Positions 50,960 to 61,685 of a stretch of DNA of 64,000 bases are shown here, piece after piece. The translations under genes and the position numbers were made by a program. The stretch's first letter is position 1, and every line of letters begins with the position of its first letter. The DNA comes from a virus. The DNA is taken from the IMG/VR virus record IMGVR_UViG_3300027733_000032; one strand, given 5' to 3'. The notes beneath the pieces were generated by a model. It worked only from the letters and a program-made list of their open reading frames with translations. It made no database searches and was not told the DNA's origin.

Positions 50960-53900
50960 TTATTTCCTCTTTCCAGTATTTTTGTTTTTGTTATCAGTTG
51001 CGGCGACAGGGCCACTACTTGAAGGGGTAGGTGCTGGCTGTGGCAGCATTGTCATCGTTAAGCCAGCAGCGGCGATAATGACACGACGAGTACTGACGGG
51101 GACGTTTGACCCAACAGGGACATAGGTGTCTACGTTGCCTGCAGAAAAAATGTCAATTTCACTCTCAAAAGCAGCCTTGACTTCGGTTGGAGCATTTTGA
51201 ACTGCCTCAACAAGAGCCGCCGCTTCTTCGTCGGTAATCTCCGAAATAGGAACTTCAGCAAAAATTTCTGAAGCCTGGTCACCCGTGATAGATTGCAGAA
51301 CTTCGCCACTCGTAGCAATACTCACAGCCTGTGATTCAGTGATTCCATTGTCAATAATGGAGGTAACGGCTGATTGGACTTGCTCATCAGTAACACTGTC
51401 GCCACCCAAAACATCAACCAACTCATCAAATGCAGCATCTGAAATTGGTTCATCTAAAATGGCATCGATAACCGAGTTAAATGCTTCATCGCTTAATGGT
51501 TCCTCAAAAATAGTATTAAGAACCTCAGCAAATGCTTCATCACTAATATCTGCTGTGAAAACCTGGTCTACTACAGCGGCTATTTCTTGGTCGGATAAAT
51601 CTTGACTAAAAACTTGGTCAACAAGTTCCGTTAATGCATCGTCTGATAAATATTGACTAAATACTTCAGCAACGACAGAAGCGAATTCTTCAGAACTTAA
51701 GTCCGATGCTAATAACGCACTAGCGACGCTTACTAATTCTTCCTCAGAGTCAGTATTGCTTAAAGCATCACTAACTGCATTGCCTAGTTCTTCAGGAGAT
51801 AGGTCACCTGAAAGAATGTCTCCAACAACCTCTTCTGCAGTTGGTGTTTCTTCTACCGGTATGTCCGGGGTTGTAGTTGTCGTTTCTTCTTCTGGGGCTG
51901 ATTCAGGTACGGTTGCTTCGGGTGACGTTGTGTCTTCGGAATCTCCGGTTCCTCCATCAGTGCCTCCATCGGTAGTATCTGGGGTTGTATCTATTGTATC
52001 TTCTGGTTCTGTATCGGGAGGTAAAGTAACTGGAAGTTCAGTTGTTGTTGGTTCCTCTGTTGTTGTAGGTGCTTCAGTTGTCGTCGGAGCCTCTGTAGTT
52101 GTGGTGGTTGGTGCTTCTGTTGTTGTGGTGGGAACTTCTGACGTAGTTGTTGTCGGAACTTCAGTTGTCGTTGTCGTAGGTGCTTCTGTTGTAGTAGTTG
52201 GGTTTGGGTCGTCTCCGTATTTGAGAACTATTGCGTATGTTTTTGCGGTGCCGCTACATGGGTCGCCAAAAGTAGAATTGTCAAACGTTAAACTTCCATT
52301 ACTTTTTCCAATGAATTCTTCAACAATGATTTGGTTTGATGTTTCTGCATGGCATGAACCTTTTTGGTATTGGCCATCAGTGCCCGTCGGGTTTCCGTAA
52401 CTAGCAAACAAAACTTCTGTAAATATTTTGCCTTCTGGAACAAATACTAGAATCGAATCACCCTCGGAGCCTGTTCGCCAAATTACATTTTCCGGCAATT
52501 CATATGGAGGGCTAGTTGTTGTTGTCGGAGTTTCTGTTGTAGTTGTCGGTACTTCTGTGGTCGTAGTCGTACTTGTCGTAGTTGTAGTGGTAGTAGTTGT
52601 TGTGGTTGTAGTTGTTGTAGTGGGCGTTTCTGTGCCAAGTAATTTAATGTAATAGCCACACCATTCACTACCCCACGTATAGGTTGAGACACCATTTGCA
52701 ATGCTGCCATCGTAGGATGAGTAGTTGTCTATTAGATATGGCTCAATGACCGCGGTCTCGCCGACTTCAATTAATCCTGCATGAACAGCAGCGGCAGCGA
52801 ATGTTGAATCATCCGTGTATGGTCCAGAACCCCATACGGCTCCTCCGGTAGACCCAGTTACAGTGAAGGCTCTGTATGGACCACACCCATTGCTTCCACC
52901 AATCAACGGCAAGGTAGTGGTGGTAGTTGTAGTGGGCGGAGTTGGGTCAAGAACAATTGCGTCTGCGTTTGTGCTTGGACCATATAAACAAGAGCCTTCG
53001 CCAACTCCAGCACAGGGTCCGTTCATTGCGTAGACCTTAAAACGAACAGGACCGTATCCGGTTGTGACTGGGTTGCTGCCATCGAACATCCAGTGACCAA
53101 GCGAGTAAGTAGTGTTTGCGACCTCTGTCGAAACACCCCAGCCGCCACGCTCAACGCCATCATCAAAGTCAACAAAGTTAATTGAGTAGCCGTAGATTTC
53201 GGTATTACTTGCAACTGGTGCATCCCACGCAAGATTGACGCTTCCGTCTTCATTTGCTGTTGCCGTCAAGTTTTGAACTGCATTGAAATAAGGAGCAACG
53301 ATTACTATTTCTTCATCGGCACCTAAATCACATATTGAAGAAGACTGCAATAAGGTACAGGTGTCATCTCCGCCCTCGCCGTAAAATAACGACTCTTCGC
53401 TGAGTGTTGAAACGGTGTCGTCACCATATCCACCATAAAACACCGAATACCACATTTGAGTGACAGTGTCGTTTCCTGCGCCACCCCAAAAATAGTCTTT
53501 CGTCCCACTATTAGAGTCAAGGTTGGGTGATTGATTGTTTTGACTGTTTCCACAATAGACATCTGGGCGATTCCCGTAGTCTTCTCCGAAGTTGCCGGAA
53601 CCAGAAGCAATATACACACCCCATGTACCAGCGTTGTATGCAGTAATGAACGTTGCTTCGGTATTGAGTCCAGTGGCGGAAAGAATTGACTGCTTGGTTA
53701 CTAAAGCATCATCAATATTATTGACGCATAAATCCAAAATACTAAGTTCATAGTTTGTGTGATATGGCGCATTTTCTCTATCTACACACAATGTGGATGT
53801 GTAGAGACCCTGGCAAGTATCCCATGCTGTATTTGTGTAGAGAGTCCAGTCATCTGGGGCGTTGTCCGTTACGTCATTGAAGTCGTAGTTGGTTAATTGC

Positions 53901-54415
53901 TCGTAAGTTGTTCCGTCACTTTTTGTTCCAATGAGGCTCACGTAGTCCACTATTGGCCCGTAGTTCCCGCCCCACCCTTCGCTATCTTGCCCATATACAG
54001 AGACCGCAATATGTTTAATATCCGACCACGCAATACCGGACGGAAGACCTGCATTTGTGGGGTTGATTGTGTATGTGGATACTTGATAATCGGCCAATAA
54101 AGTGATGTTGCCCGATTCAGGGTATCTAACCGTACTTAATGTTGACCATGCGTCATCATAGAGAGTAATTTCGGAGTATAAATTATCTGGTCCGTAAGCC
54201 CCATATCTCGCCTTAATAGAAAACGTCAATGACGAGTAATTAGAAATGTTTTCGGTATCGATTTGTTGACGAATATGGTTGGATGTATAGGAAAATCTGA
54301 CAACACCATTTGAATAATCATCAGCATAAACACGGGCCTGACTAGGCGCAAACCACGCCACAAGAGCGATAATCCAAAATATCCATTGCCCCTTACGGGT
54401 GCCCCTTTTTCGCAT
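50960..54415 (-). CDS. 1151-aa secreted/surface protein with FN3, LCCL, SUEL galactose-lectin domains and Thr-rich stalks
   Basis: N-terminal signal peptide; VWGSGPYTDDS.FAAAAVHAG (LCCL); FASYG.P.G...CHA...FGDPC.GT.K (SUEL); acidic helical repeats; hydrophobic C-terminal segment. Confidence 0.85.
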   Translation of the reverse strand: MRKRGTRKGQWIFWIIALVAWFAPSQARVYADDYSNGVVRFSYTSNHIRQQIDTENISNYSSLTFSIKARYGAYGPDNLYSEITLYDDAWSTLSTVRYPESGNITLLADYQVSTYTINPTNAGLPSGIAWSDIKHIAVSVYGQDSEGWGGNYGPIVDYVSLIGTKSDGTTYEQLTNYDFNDVTDNAPDDWTLYTNTAWDTCQGLYTSTLCVDRENAPYHTNYELSILDLCVNNIDDALVTKQSILSATGLNTEATFITAYNAGTWGVYIASGSGNFGEDYGNRPDVYCGNSQNNQSPNLDSNSGTKDYFWGGAGNDTVTQMWYSVFYGGYGDDTVSTLSEESLFYGEGGDDTCTLLQSSSICDLGADEEIVIVAPYFNAVQNLTATANEDGSVNLAWDAPVASNTEIYGYSINFVDFDDGVERGGWGVSTEVANTTYSLGHWMFDGSNPVTTGYGPVRFKVYAMNGPCAGVGEGSCLYGPSTNADAIVLDPTPPTTTTTTTLPLIGGSNGCGPYRAFTVTGSTGGAVWGSGPYTDDSTFAAAAVHAGLIEVGETAVIEPYLIDNYSSYDGSIANGVSTYTWGSEWCGYYIKLLGTETPTTTTTTTTTTTTTTTTSTTTTTEVPTTTTETPTTTTSPPYELPENVIWRTGSEGDSILVFVPEGKIFTEVLFASYGNPTGTDGQYQKGSCHAETSNQIIVEEFIGKSNGSLTFDNSTFGDPCSGTAKTYAIVLKYGDDPNPTTTTEAPTTTTTEVPTTTTSEVPTTTTEAPTTTTTEAPTTTEAPTTTEEPTTTELPVTLPPDTEPEDTIDTTPDTTDGGTDGGTGDSEDTTSPEATVPESAPEEETTTTTPDIPVEETPTAEEVVGDILSGDLSPEELGNAVSDALSNTDSEEELVSVASALLASDLSSEEFASVVAEVFSQYLSDDALTELVDQVFSQDLSDQEIAAVVDQVFTADISDEAFAEVLNTIFEEPLSDEAFNSVIDAILDEPISDAAFDELVDVLGGDSVTDEQVQSAVTSIIDNGITESQAVSIATSGEVLQSITGDQASEIFAEVPISEITDEEAAALVEAVQNAPTEVKAAFESEIDIFSAGNVDTYVPVGSNVPVSTRRVIIAAAGLTMTMLPQPAPTPSSSGPVAATDNKNKNTGKRK

Positions 54416-54507
54416 TTCTCACCACTTTGCAGGATAGTGTAATACTTTCTATTGTACTACTGACTATCTTTGAGTAGTAGTAACGACACTAGTGAGTGTG
54501 TCAGATA

Positions 54508-56352
54508 TTACGAAAATGAGCCACCAGTAGTTTCAACACCAGTGAGTTCTATTACTTTTCCTGCAAAATAGTCACCTACAAGACTGAGAACACATCCAGA
54601 ATTCCACGGTTTACCTAAAGTGGTAGACGTTGCAAAAAAGACCTTATTATGAAGTGCCGTTCCGCCTACGCTTACATACCGGTACAGGAATGAGTCCGTC
54701 ACACCAAGACTTCCGGCTCCACCATATATGTCTGGCCTAGCGGCATCTTGGGTTCCTTCACTTCCAATGGTAGAAAAACTAAATCTAAGATTCGTTGTAT
54801 TGCAGAGTGCGGCTCGGTCAAAGTTTGCCAGGTCAGATGGTCTCTTAAGTGTATTGCCACACCTAAAATAGGCACCTATTAAATCTACTCTTTGATAACC
54901 AACGTCATTTGGGGTTGCGCCAATTCCACTTGAACCAAAAGTTATAGCCAGTCTTGCTGGCTCGCATACATTTGTTGGGATGACGTATGTGTAATCGGAG
55001 TAGTATGTCTGACCAAAGTCGCTTCCTCGCCAAACTTTTGCAACGTCCTTTTTGGGCGTCACCCAAGTTTTTGTATTTCCTAAACCACTGTCAGCAGTAG
55101 TAACTCCGTCTGCGAACAAGCGAGTCCTTACGTATGCCCTATATGTGTACGTCGCGTTATATGACTGGCTCCCAATGCTGACGCTAAAGGTTGAACCTGC
55201 GAGCGTCGCTGCGTAAGTTCCAGTTCCAGTTGCGCCACCAGTACTACTAGAAACGACGACAAAACCCGATGAGGCGTATGTCGGTTTAGAGAAGGTCAAG
55301 GCAACCGTACTAGTGCTGCTGGTTGTCATTCCACTAAAGGCAAGGTCTGTCGGTGCTGCTGGCGTCCCTGGGTTTGTGGTTGCTGTTGCCGAAGTTGATA
55401 TTGTCTCCGCTCCGCTTGTGGCAGCAACCGCCTTTACCTGAACCCTGTGACCGGTATCTACGGCGAGACCAGTAACTGCCGCTGTCGTATTGGGCATAGC
55501 AATCCATGCGCCACTCGGGGTTGTTCCTTCGTAGACGCGAAACTGGTAGTTGCTGATTGGGTATGTCCCTGCCGTCGAAGTTCCTCGACTTACGGTTGCT
55601 GTAGTGGTTCCCGTTATGGACAGCGTTGCTCCTGGTGCGCCGGGAGCAGTTTCCGCCGTAGTAGATATGGTAGTAGAAACCGTACTTGTTCCAACACCAG
55701 GCGACGATGCCGTATATCTAAAAGATACGGTGTAATTAGTTTTGGGCACTAACGCTGCTCCACTAGCATTGGTTGTTGTGCGCCTATCGTAGACTGTTTC
55801 CGTAAATGGAACATATGAAGCAGTACTGCCGGTAAGGTGTAGTGAGTATTCGCGTGTACCGATTGCGTATGTCCCAGCAGTTCCGTCTGAATAGGCGAAA
55901 GATACCCCAAGCGCAGTAGAACTAGGTGATGGCGTGGGTGCTGTTGGACCGACTTCTGCTGCTGTAGTAAATCGAATTCTGCTTGTTGGTTCGCTGACTA
56001 GACCAGCAACGTCTACGGTTCGCATGTAAAGACCGTATCTTGTGCTTGTTAGAAGATTGGAAAGCAAAAAAGAAGTGGCACCGGCAGAAGCGGCAGTTTG
56101 GTATGTCCCCGCAACGACGATATTGTCACTACTGTCCAGTTGGTCTACTTTGAATTCAAAACTGGCAATGGCAAAAGAAGTTACAGTTGATGTGAAACTG
56201 ACCGTCGTATTGATTCTATTTGTAGTATTTCCCGAACCGGTCAGTGTCGCGTTGTCTGATGGAGCCGAAATTGTTGGGGGCAATGGAGGACTGCCGTTAC
56301 GCAGCCCTAGGGCCCTTGATGAAGCGGAACTAAAAGTACCAAACAGGGGCAT
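54508..56352 (-). CDS. FN3-repeat virion/tail-associated protein
   Basis: Thr/Ser/Ala-rich beta repeats; L...T.Y.....A..G FN3 pattern. Confidence 0.7.
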   Translation of the reverse strand: MPLFGTFSSASSRALGLRNGSPPLPPTISAPSDNATLTGSGNTTNRINTTVSFTSTVTSFAIASFEFKVDQLDSSDNIVVAGTYQTAASAGATSFLLSNLLTSTRYGLYMRTVDVAGLVSEPTSRIRFTTAAEVGPTAPTPSPSSTALGVSFAYSDGTAGTYAIGTREYSLHLTGSTASYVPFTETVYDRRTTTNASGAALVPKTNYTVSFRYTASSPGVGTSTVSTTISTTAETAPGAPGATLSITGTTTATVSRGTSTAGTYPISNYQFRVYEGTTPSGAWIAMPNTTAAVTGLAVDTGHRVQVKAVAATSGAETISTSATATTNPGTPAAPTDLAFSGMTTSSTSTVALTFSKPTYASSGFVVVSSSTGGATGTGTYAATLAGSTFSVSIGSQSYNATYTYRAYVRTRLFADGVTTADSGLGNTKTWVTPKKDVAKVWRGSDFGQTYYSDYTYVIPTNVCEPARLAITFGSSGIGATPNDVGYQRVDLIGAYFRCGNTLKRPSDLANFDRAALCNTTNLRFSFSTIGSEGTQDAARPDIYGGAGSLGVTDSFLYRYVSVGGTALHNKVFFATSTTLGKPWNSGCVLSLVGDYFAGKVIELTGVETTGGSFS

Positions 56353-56360
56353 GATTAAAC

Positions 56361-56924
56361 CTAGTTATCAAATTCGGTTTTAGATGCAAAAACTGTATAT
56401 GTGTTTGCTGCAGTCTTGATTATTGTGTATGTATAAACATCAAATGCAGTCAAACTTCCGGCAGAAGGAGCAATACCACCCTGCCAATAAACGGTAGTCG
56501 CTGCCCCATCTATTGTTAGTGCGGTTGCGTATGCTGCGACGTTCGATATGTAGACGGCTAATGAAATCGTAATACTCTCGCCAGTTGCTAAATAGTTATT
56601 TAAGGAATCGGCATTAGCATTACTGCTTGCATGTCCAATATTTACAGTCCATGTTCCTGATGTATTGCCCGTATATAACCAAGCAGATTTGGTTTCTGTT
56701 TTTGGATTGAGATTAATGCTGGTAGTTATTAGGGTGAGACTAATTCCAGCGTTGGTATTTACTGCCCAGGATTCCCTTGGAGTTGCCAAAAGAGAATTAT
56801 TGACTGTGGGGGTATTGAGAATGGGAGCAGTCAGGGTCTTGTCGGTGATTGTTTCAGCACCGCTGATTTCGACGATACGGTCGATGCCACCAATACTGTC
56901 ATACTTATTGATGAGTCTTCCCAT
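56361..56924 (-). CDS. tail-fibre-associated structural protein
   Basis: TLT.P.L..P repeat; WQGG.AP..G.....DVYTYTIIKT motif. Confidence 0.75.
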   Translation of the reverse strand: MGRLINKYDSIGGIDRIVEISGAETITDKTLTAPILNTPTVNNSLLATPRESWAVNTNAGISLTLITTSINLNPKTETKSAWLYTGNTSGTWTVNIGHASSNANADSLNNYLATGESITISLAVYISNVAAYATALTIDGAATTVYWQGGIAPSAGSLTAFDVYTYTIIKTAANTYTVFASKTEFDN

Positions 56925-56925
56925 G

Positions 56926-57276
56926 TTATGCGGTCTCGACTATTCCACTGATTGTTATTGTAATTTTGCTTGCAATGCTCGCCTTCCCGTAAATTTTTTC
57001 GCTAGCGACCATAACTAGGGAAAGATTAATTAGTCTAGTTTCACCCGGGTCAAGAGCAACTGCACTGAAAATTAGGTCGTTTGGCTCTGTCGCCGTAGTA
57101 TCACTAGAGCCCAGTAGGCATAAACTAAAAGTTATCGTTGCTGATGGGTCGGTATTACAAACCATTATTTGCTTGACAATAGTAGTTATGGCCGATGCGC
57201 CAGCGTTATAAATTTCTCCGTACGTGCTTGCGAGGAGGTCCGGGCCTAATCCTAGGCGTGTCTGTGTGTAAGCCAT
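56926..57276 (-). CDS. virion structural protein (tail-associated)
   Basis: T.IVK.I.VCN...PGET..I.LSLV...EKI motif. Confidence 0.7.
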   Translation of the reverse strand: MAYTQTRLGLGPDLLASTYGEIYNAGASAITTIVKQIMVCNTDPSATITFSLCLLGSSDTTATEPNDLIFSAVALDPGETRLINLSLVMVASEKIYGKASIASKITITISGIVETA

Positions 57277-57502
57277 TGTGCCTCCATAAATGCATGAACA
57301 TCTATATCTTAGCGCATATTAGGGCCAGGATTGATGAATTCAGAGCCCATCAAAGAGGTCATCAAGAAAAGTAAGGTGTTTATCAGCAATAATTACAACA
57401 TTTTATTGAATCAAATCATTATGTTGCCATTGAGTAGTCTGGGGGGTATGTGCTGCTTGTGTATCATTTTCTTTATATGCAAGCATTTAATGCCGTAATT
57501 TA

Positions 57503-58348
57503 TTAATTCTCCAATGAGGATAATTTTTCTTTCACAATTTTTATCTGTAAACAAATTTCGTATATGTCAGCAAATTGTTTATTGTGCAAATTTAAAATTC
57601 CTATTCTTGCCAACCATAGTTTGAATTCTACTGGTTCTGGTGGCGCAATCTCCGGTAGCGAGCACGTACCAGTTTTAAAGTATTGTGCAACTTGCATGTC
57701 GGGCAGTTGCATGAGCGACCTTACTGGTTGAACTGAATCTTGTTGGTCAACATGAAGCCCGAGACTGGTCAATATTTCGTGAGCAACTTCTGCCATTGGC
57801 TCACGACTTTCTGCGTAAACGTATGCCCATTGCCATTCAAGCAATAGTTTAAATAGTTCGTGTAGTGATGGCGCCCCAGGATATGGATGAATCATCTGAT
57901 ACTGCTTGATTAGGTGTTCAGAGCCTGGAGTTAGTTCGTTGTAGATAATTGAGGCTCCACCTGGGATGTTGTAAATTACGACATGGCTTACGACTTTATT
58001 CAAGAAATCGGAGTCCATGAGGATATCTTTGAATTCAGTACGACCGTAGAGTTCGTCCATTGGGACGTTCATATGAGTGTCGGTTGATGAGCATGTTGGC
58101 GCCATCCAGTGGTCTGGTTGTTCGGAAATTGGGACACTTTTCCATACTCTGAATCCGTATCTGAATCGTATTGCTGGCGTAATAAATGGACTAAACATTG
58201 AACCAATTTGATTGATGACGTCGTCTTCGGATTCAAATAAATCCAAATCAAAACCAGTGCTAGCAAGTGACTTGTAGAGAGACACTTCAAGTTCATCAAT
58301 TGTTTCTCTAAGTGCTTCAATTTTTATTTGATTTGACAGATTTGCCAT
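57503..58348 (-). CDS. hypothetical protein
   Basis: ORF track; N-terminus resembles 62368-62607. Confidence 0.75.
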   Translation of the reverse strand: MANLSNQIKIEALRETIDELEVSLYKSLASTGFDLDLFESEDDVINQIGSMFSPFITPAIRFRYGFRVWKSVPISEQPDHWMAPTCSSTDTHMNVPMDELYGRTEFKDILMDSDFLNKVVSHVVIYNIPGGASIIYNELTPGSEHLIKQYQMIHPYPGAPSLHELFKLLLEWQWAYVYAESREPMAEVAHEILTSLGLHVDQQDSVQPVRSLMQLPDMQVAQYFKTGTCSLPEIAPPEPVEFKLWLARIGILNLHNKQFADIYEICLQIKIVKEKLSSLEN

Positions 58349-58521
58349 AGAATACCTCCGAATACATTACATATTATCTTATTATTTGGGTGTGATGGGA
58401 AGATTGCGGTCTCTATTAACTTGGTATTTCGTCATCCAAGACCTTAACGAACCTCTCGTGCGACCAATATTGTTTACTTCGGCCCGTGCGCCACCCGTGA
58501 TGAGGTGGTACGGTAAGGGAA

Positions 58522-59187
58522 TTGGCGGCTTGCGCCCTCAACCGTGAAACACTTTTGGAGTTTTTGAACAACATGATTTTACACACACAATATTCATATA
58601 ACGAAGAGTTTTCCCAAAAACTTGCTTTTGAATTTACCGCCGTGGGTTCAGACAAATCGTCGTATCATGGGTACGAGGACATATACTCGCACCTTTTATC
58701 CGATATGTCGCCAACGTCATTCCTGGAAATTGGTCTCTTTCTTGGGGAGACTCGTAGTACTGACCTTTTTGCTTGGGAACAGATGTTTCCTGAAGCAAAA
58801 ATTTATGGGGCAGACATAAAGTCTCATCTCCTTTTCAAAAGTGGCAATATTCAAACATTTTTTGTTGACCAGTCACGCCCAGAAACCTTTTTGGATTTGA
58901 AGAACTCAATTGGCGACAAGGTCGACATCATCCTGGATGACGCTTCGCATGTTCTTGATTTGACAATCTCCACTTTTGAGAACATGTTTGATTTTCTTGA
59001 AGATGATGGCATTTACCTCATAGAGGACATTCTTTACGAGGATTACAATATGGACAGTTGGGAACAGCGTTCATCTGAATTAAAAGAATATTTTGACAAA
59101 ACTGGTCTTTCTTACGAGATGTATGCAACATCAAAGGTTCATTCCTGTGTGGATAGTGTTGTTTTAGCGGTATTCAAGGGCAAATGA
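58522..59187 (+). CDS. SAM-dependent methyltransferase (class I)
   Basis: LEIG; G.DI; VDQ; DIILDDASH; GIYLIED; start may be 58573. Confidence 0.88.
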   Translation: MAACALNRETLLEFLNNMILHTQYSYNEEFSQKLAFEFTAVGSDKSSYHGYEDIYSHLLSDMSPTSFLEIGLFLGETRSTDLFAWEQMFPEAKIYGADIKSHLLFKSGNIQTFFVDQSRPETFLDLKNSIGDKVDIILDDASHVLDLTISTFENMFDFLEDDGIYLIEDILYEDYNMDSWEQRSSELKEYFDKTGLSYEMYATSKVHSCVDSVVLAVFKGK

Positions 59188-59639
59188 CTCCTGATAGGAT
59201 ATCTTTCATGACAAAAACTACCGACAGGTTCTGGAGCAAAGTAGATATCGGTTCTCGTGAGGAGTGCTGGCCATGGCGTGCATTTACCCATAAAGGATAT
59301 GGCATATATCGGGATGATGGGAAAAAAGTTAGGGCGCATCGATATTCTTTCTTTATTCACAACGGCTTTTATCCGCCAGTCGTGATGCACGCCTGCGATA
59401 ATCCGCCTTGCGTCAATCCAGCGCACCTACTGGCGGGAACACCGGCTTTGAACACCAGAGACATGATGGCCAAAGGTAGACATGTTGAACCCAACTCCAG
59501 CAAAACACACTGCCCGACGGGTCACGAATACACAGAAACAAACACTTACGTGTATCCATCGGGCGCGCGTAAATGTCGCACCTGTCGCAACGAACAAAGT
59601 CGTATACATCGTGCAAAGAAAGTTAAGGAAAATACTTGA
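59184..59639 (+). CDS. HNH endonuclease (free-standing homing type)
   Basis: RFWSKV; AHR; H.CDNPPCVNP.HL..GT...N; C-terminal HCP.GHEY...C..C. Confidence 0.9.
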   Translation: MTPDRISFMTKTTDRFWSKVDIGSREECWPWRAFTHKGYGIYRDDGKKVRAHRYSFFIHNGFYPPVVMHACDNPPCVNPAHLLAGTPALNTRDMMAKGRHVEPNSSKTHCPTGHEYTETNTYVYPSGARKCRTCRNEQSRIHRAKKVKENT

Positions 59640-60718
59640 GATTCCACATCGTTTCCCTACCACACACGAACACCACCGAAGACTTCACCGCCTGTGCTTA
59701 CACAGAGAAGGTGCGCAAGTTCTGTATCATGATGAAAAATCTCGGACACACCGTATTTCTCTATGGCGGCGAGTTCAATGAAGCACCCTGCGATGAACAC
59801 ATCGTCTGCATTACCGAGGAGCAACGACTAAAGGCCGTTGGTAACAACCACTACTCTGCGGCGTCATTTGACTGGAACCTGCCTCATTGGGTTGAGTTCA
59901 ACGGCAACGTCATCAAGGGCATTCAAGAACGCCTAGAACATAAAGATTTCATCTGCCTCATAACTGGATATGCCTCTAAGCCAATTGCTGATGCTTTTCC
60001 CAACGAACTGAGCGTGGAGTTTGGGATTGGATATGGCGGGTGGTTTGCTAACTACAAGGTGTTTGAGTCCTATGCATGGATGCATGCCTGTTACGGGTCT
60101 AAAGTTACTGACCCTCACACTCTTGACGGCAAATTCTTTGACACCGTTATCCCAAGTTATATCGACGTTGACGACTTCGCCCTACAAGAAGAACCCGACG
60201 ACTACTACCTATACATAGGTCGACTGACGGAGCGTAAGGGTTATCAGGTTGCTGTAGACGTATGCAAGGCACTTGGTAAGCGTTTAGTGATTGCTGGTCA
60301 AGGAACTCCACCTTCTTACGGTGAATATGTGGGCGTAGTTGGGACTGAAGAGCGTTCAAAACTCATGGGTGGGGCAATCGCTACCTTCACTCCAACCATC
60401 TATGTCGAACCTTTTGGCACCGTTGCTATAGAAGCAATGGCATGTGGTTCTCCTGTGATTTCTACCGATTGGGGAGCATTTACGGAGACTGTCATTGATG
60501 GCGTCACTGGATTCAGGTGTCATACTTTGCAAGAATTTATGGATGCTGCGGAGGCGGCAAAACACCTTGACCGCAAGGCAATAAGCCAGTACTCCAAGGA
60601 CCGCTACGGCCTCGATACGGTGGGGCTTATGTATGAGAAGTATTTTACGCGGCTACAAACCCTCTGGGGTAAGGGTTGGTATGAACTCAATAGTAGCCCT
60701 CCAGTTGAAGAAGACTAA
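59636..60718 (+). CDS. GT4-like glycosyltransferase
   Basis: YIGR....KG; EPFG.V.IEAMACG.PVI. Confidence 0.9.
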   Translation: MRFHIVSLPHTNTTEDFTACAYTEKVRKFCIMMKNLGHTVFLYGGEFNEAPCDEHIVCITEEQRLKAVGNNHYSAASFDWNLPHWVEFNGNVIKGIQERLEHKDFICLITGYASKPIADAFPNELSVEFGIGYGGWFANYKVFESYAWMHACYGSKVTDPHTLDGKFFDTVIPSYIDVDDFALQEEPDDYYLYIGRLTERKGYQVAVDVCKALGKRLVIAGQGTPPSYGEYVGVVGTEERSKLMGGAIATFTPTIYVEPFGTVAIEAMACGSPVISTDWGAFTETVIDGVTGFRCHTLQEFMDAAEAAKHLDRKAISQYSKDRYGLDTVGLMYEKYFTRLQTLWGKGWYELNSSPPVEED

Positions 60719-60768
60719 AAGGAATGACCACCGACGCAAAGTTTTAGGCTTCGGCGCAATGAAGGAAA

Positions 60769-61065
60769 TTATACAAAATGTTTTACAATCGAAGCGATTG
60801 CTAAGACAGTCCAGGCAACGTTGAATAGAATGATGGTCGGCAAAGTTTTCTTAGTAGATGACCAAATCAGCGCCGTACTTGAAATGATAGCAAAAATGTA
60901 AAGCCACCACCACTGCTTGCCCAAAAGTAGGCCAGGAAAAATAATGAGAATCTTTGTTGCAAAACCCCACGCCTCGACGGCATTGGGACGATTCCAATAT
61001 TCCTTCTTGGACATCGTTTTAACAGCATCAACTATCTTTTGACTGAACTGGACAAATTTATTCAT
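60769..61065 (-). CDS. small three-TM membrane protein
   Basis: Three hydrophobic segments. Confidence 0.7.
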   Translation of the reverse strand: MNKFVQFSQKIVDAVKTMSKKEYWNRPNAVEAWGFATKILIIFPGLLLGKQWWWLYIFAIISSTALIWSSTKKTLPTIILFNVAWTVLAIASIVKHFV

Positions 61066-61685
61066 GTGCCTTTGATTCCATTCTTTTTCTGATACTCATG
61101 TCTAGCACGAGCAACTTCATGTAAGTGGGACGGACCCTTGGTAAAATACCAATGTTCTGGTTCGGCAAAATGAAAGAAAATCATTTGCACTTCATTGTTC
61201 GCTGGGTCAGGGAAACTTTCGCGCCAATGGTATTGGTCCTCACCGTAATAACAAACCGCTTGGTTTGGTTCTGGTAACATCTCTTGTTCTTCAACATAAA
61301 TAGGCCACTGAGTCTTATACGAGAGACATAAGTCCATTGTGTAGGTACAGGCATTGTCGTCGACATGGCTTGGGAGTTGCGCCCTAAAGCCACGATAGGA
61401 AACCCACAAACAGTATGTCGGCTTTAATGTTGGGCTAAATGTAGACCTGGCTTTGTCTAATAAAATTTTGTGGTATTCCCTAAGTGGCGATTCAGTTTTA
61501 TCTGTGCTATTTATACCAAATCTACCTAAAGATGGTTCATAGGAAATAACTTTGGTTTCTTGCAGCAAAGATAAATCTTCATTCAATTTAGTAAACACAG
61601 ATGGCTCAAAAACTTCATCAACAATAAATGCCGGAGGTCTTCTATATAAAGTCCGATTTGTTAGTGGGTCATAGTAGGTGTTCAT
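61062..61685 (-). CDS. 2OG-Fe(II) oxygenase
   Basis: HVD...C; W.IY; G.DQ.HWRE; IFFH. Confidence 0.85.
   Translation of the reverse strand: MNTYYDPLTNRTLYRRPPAFIVDEVFEPSVFTKLNEDLSLLQETKVISYEPSLGRFGINSTDKTESPLREYHKILLDKARSTFSPTLKPTYCLWVSYRGFRAQLPSHVDDNACTYTMDLCLSYKTQWPIYVEEQEMLPEPNQAVCYYGEDQYHWRESFPDPANNEVQMIFFHFAEPEHWYFTKGPSHLHEVARARHEYQKKNGIKGT

Noticed and set aside
52030-52630. Tandem DNA repeats (GTT/GTA-rich)
   Set aside because: They encode the protein's poly-Thr stalk.
51285-53033. Plus-strand Val/Ser-rich ORFs
   Set aside because: Antisense shadows of the Thr-rich 1151-aa gene.
59184-59639. Group I intron around the HNH gene
   Set aside because: Flanking genes are intact and overlap the HNH ORF by 4 nt each; no room for intron core structure.
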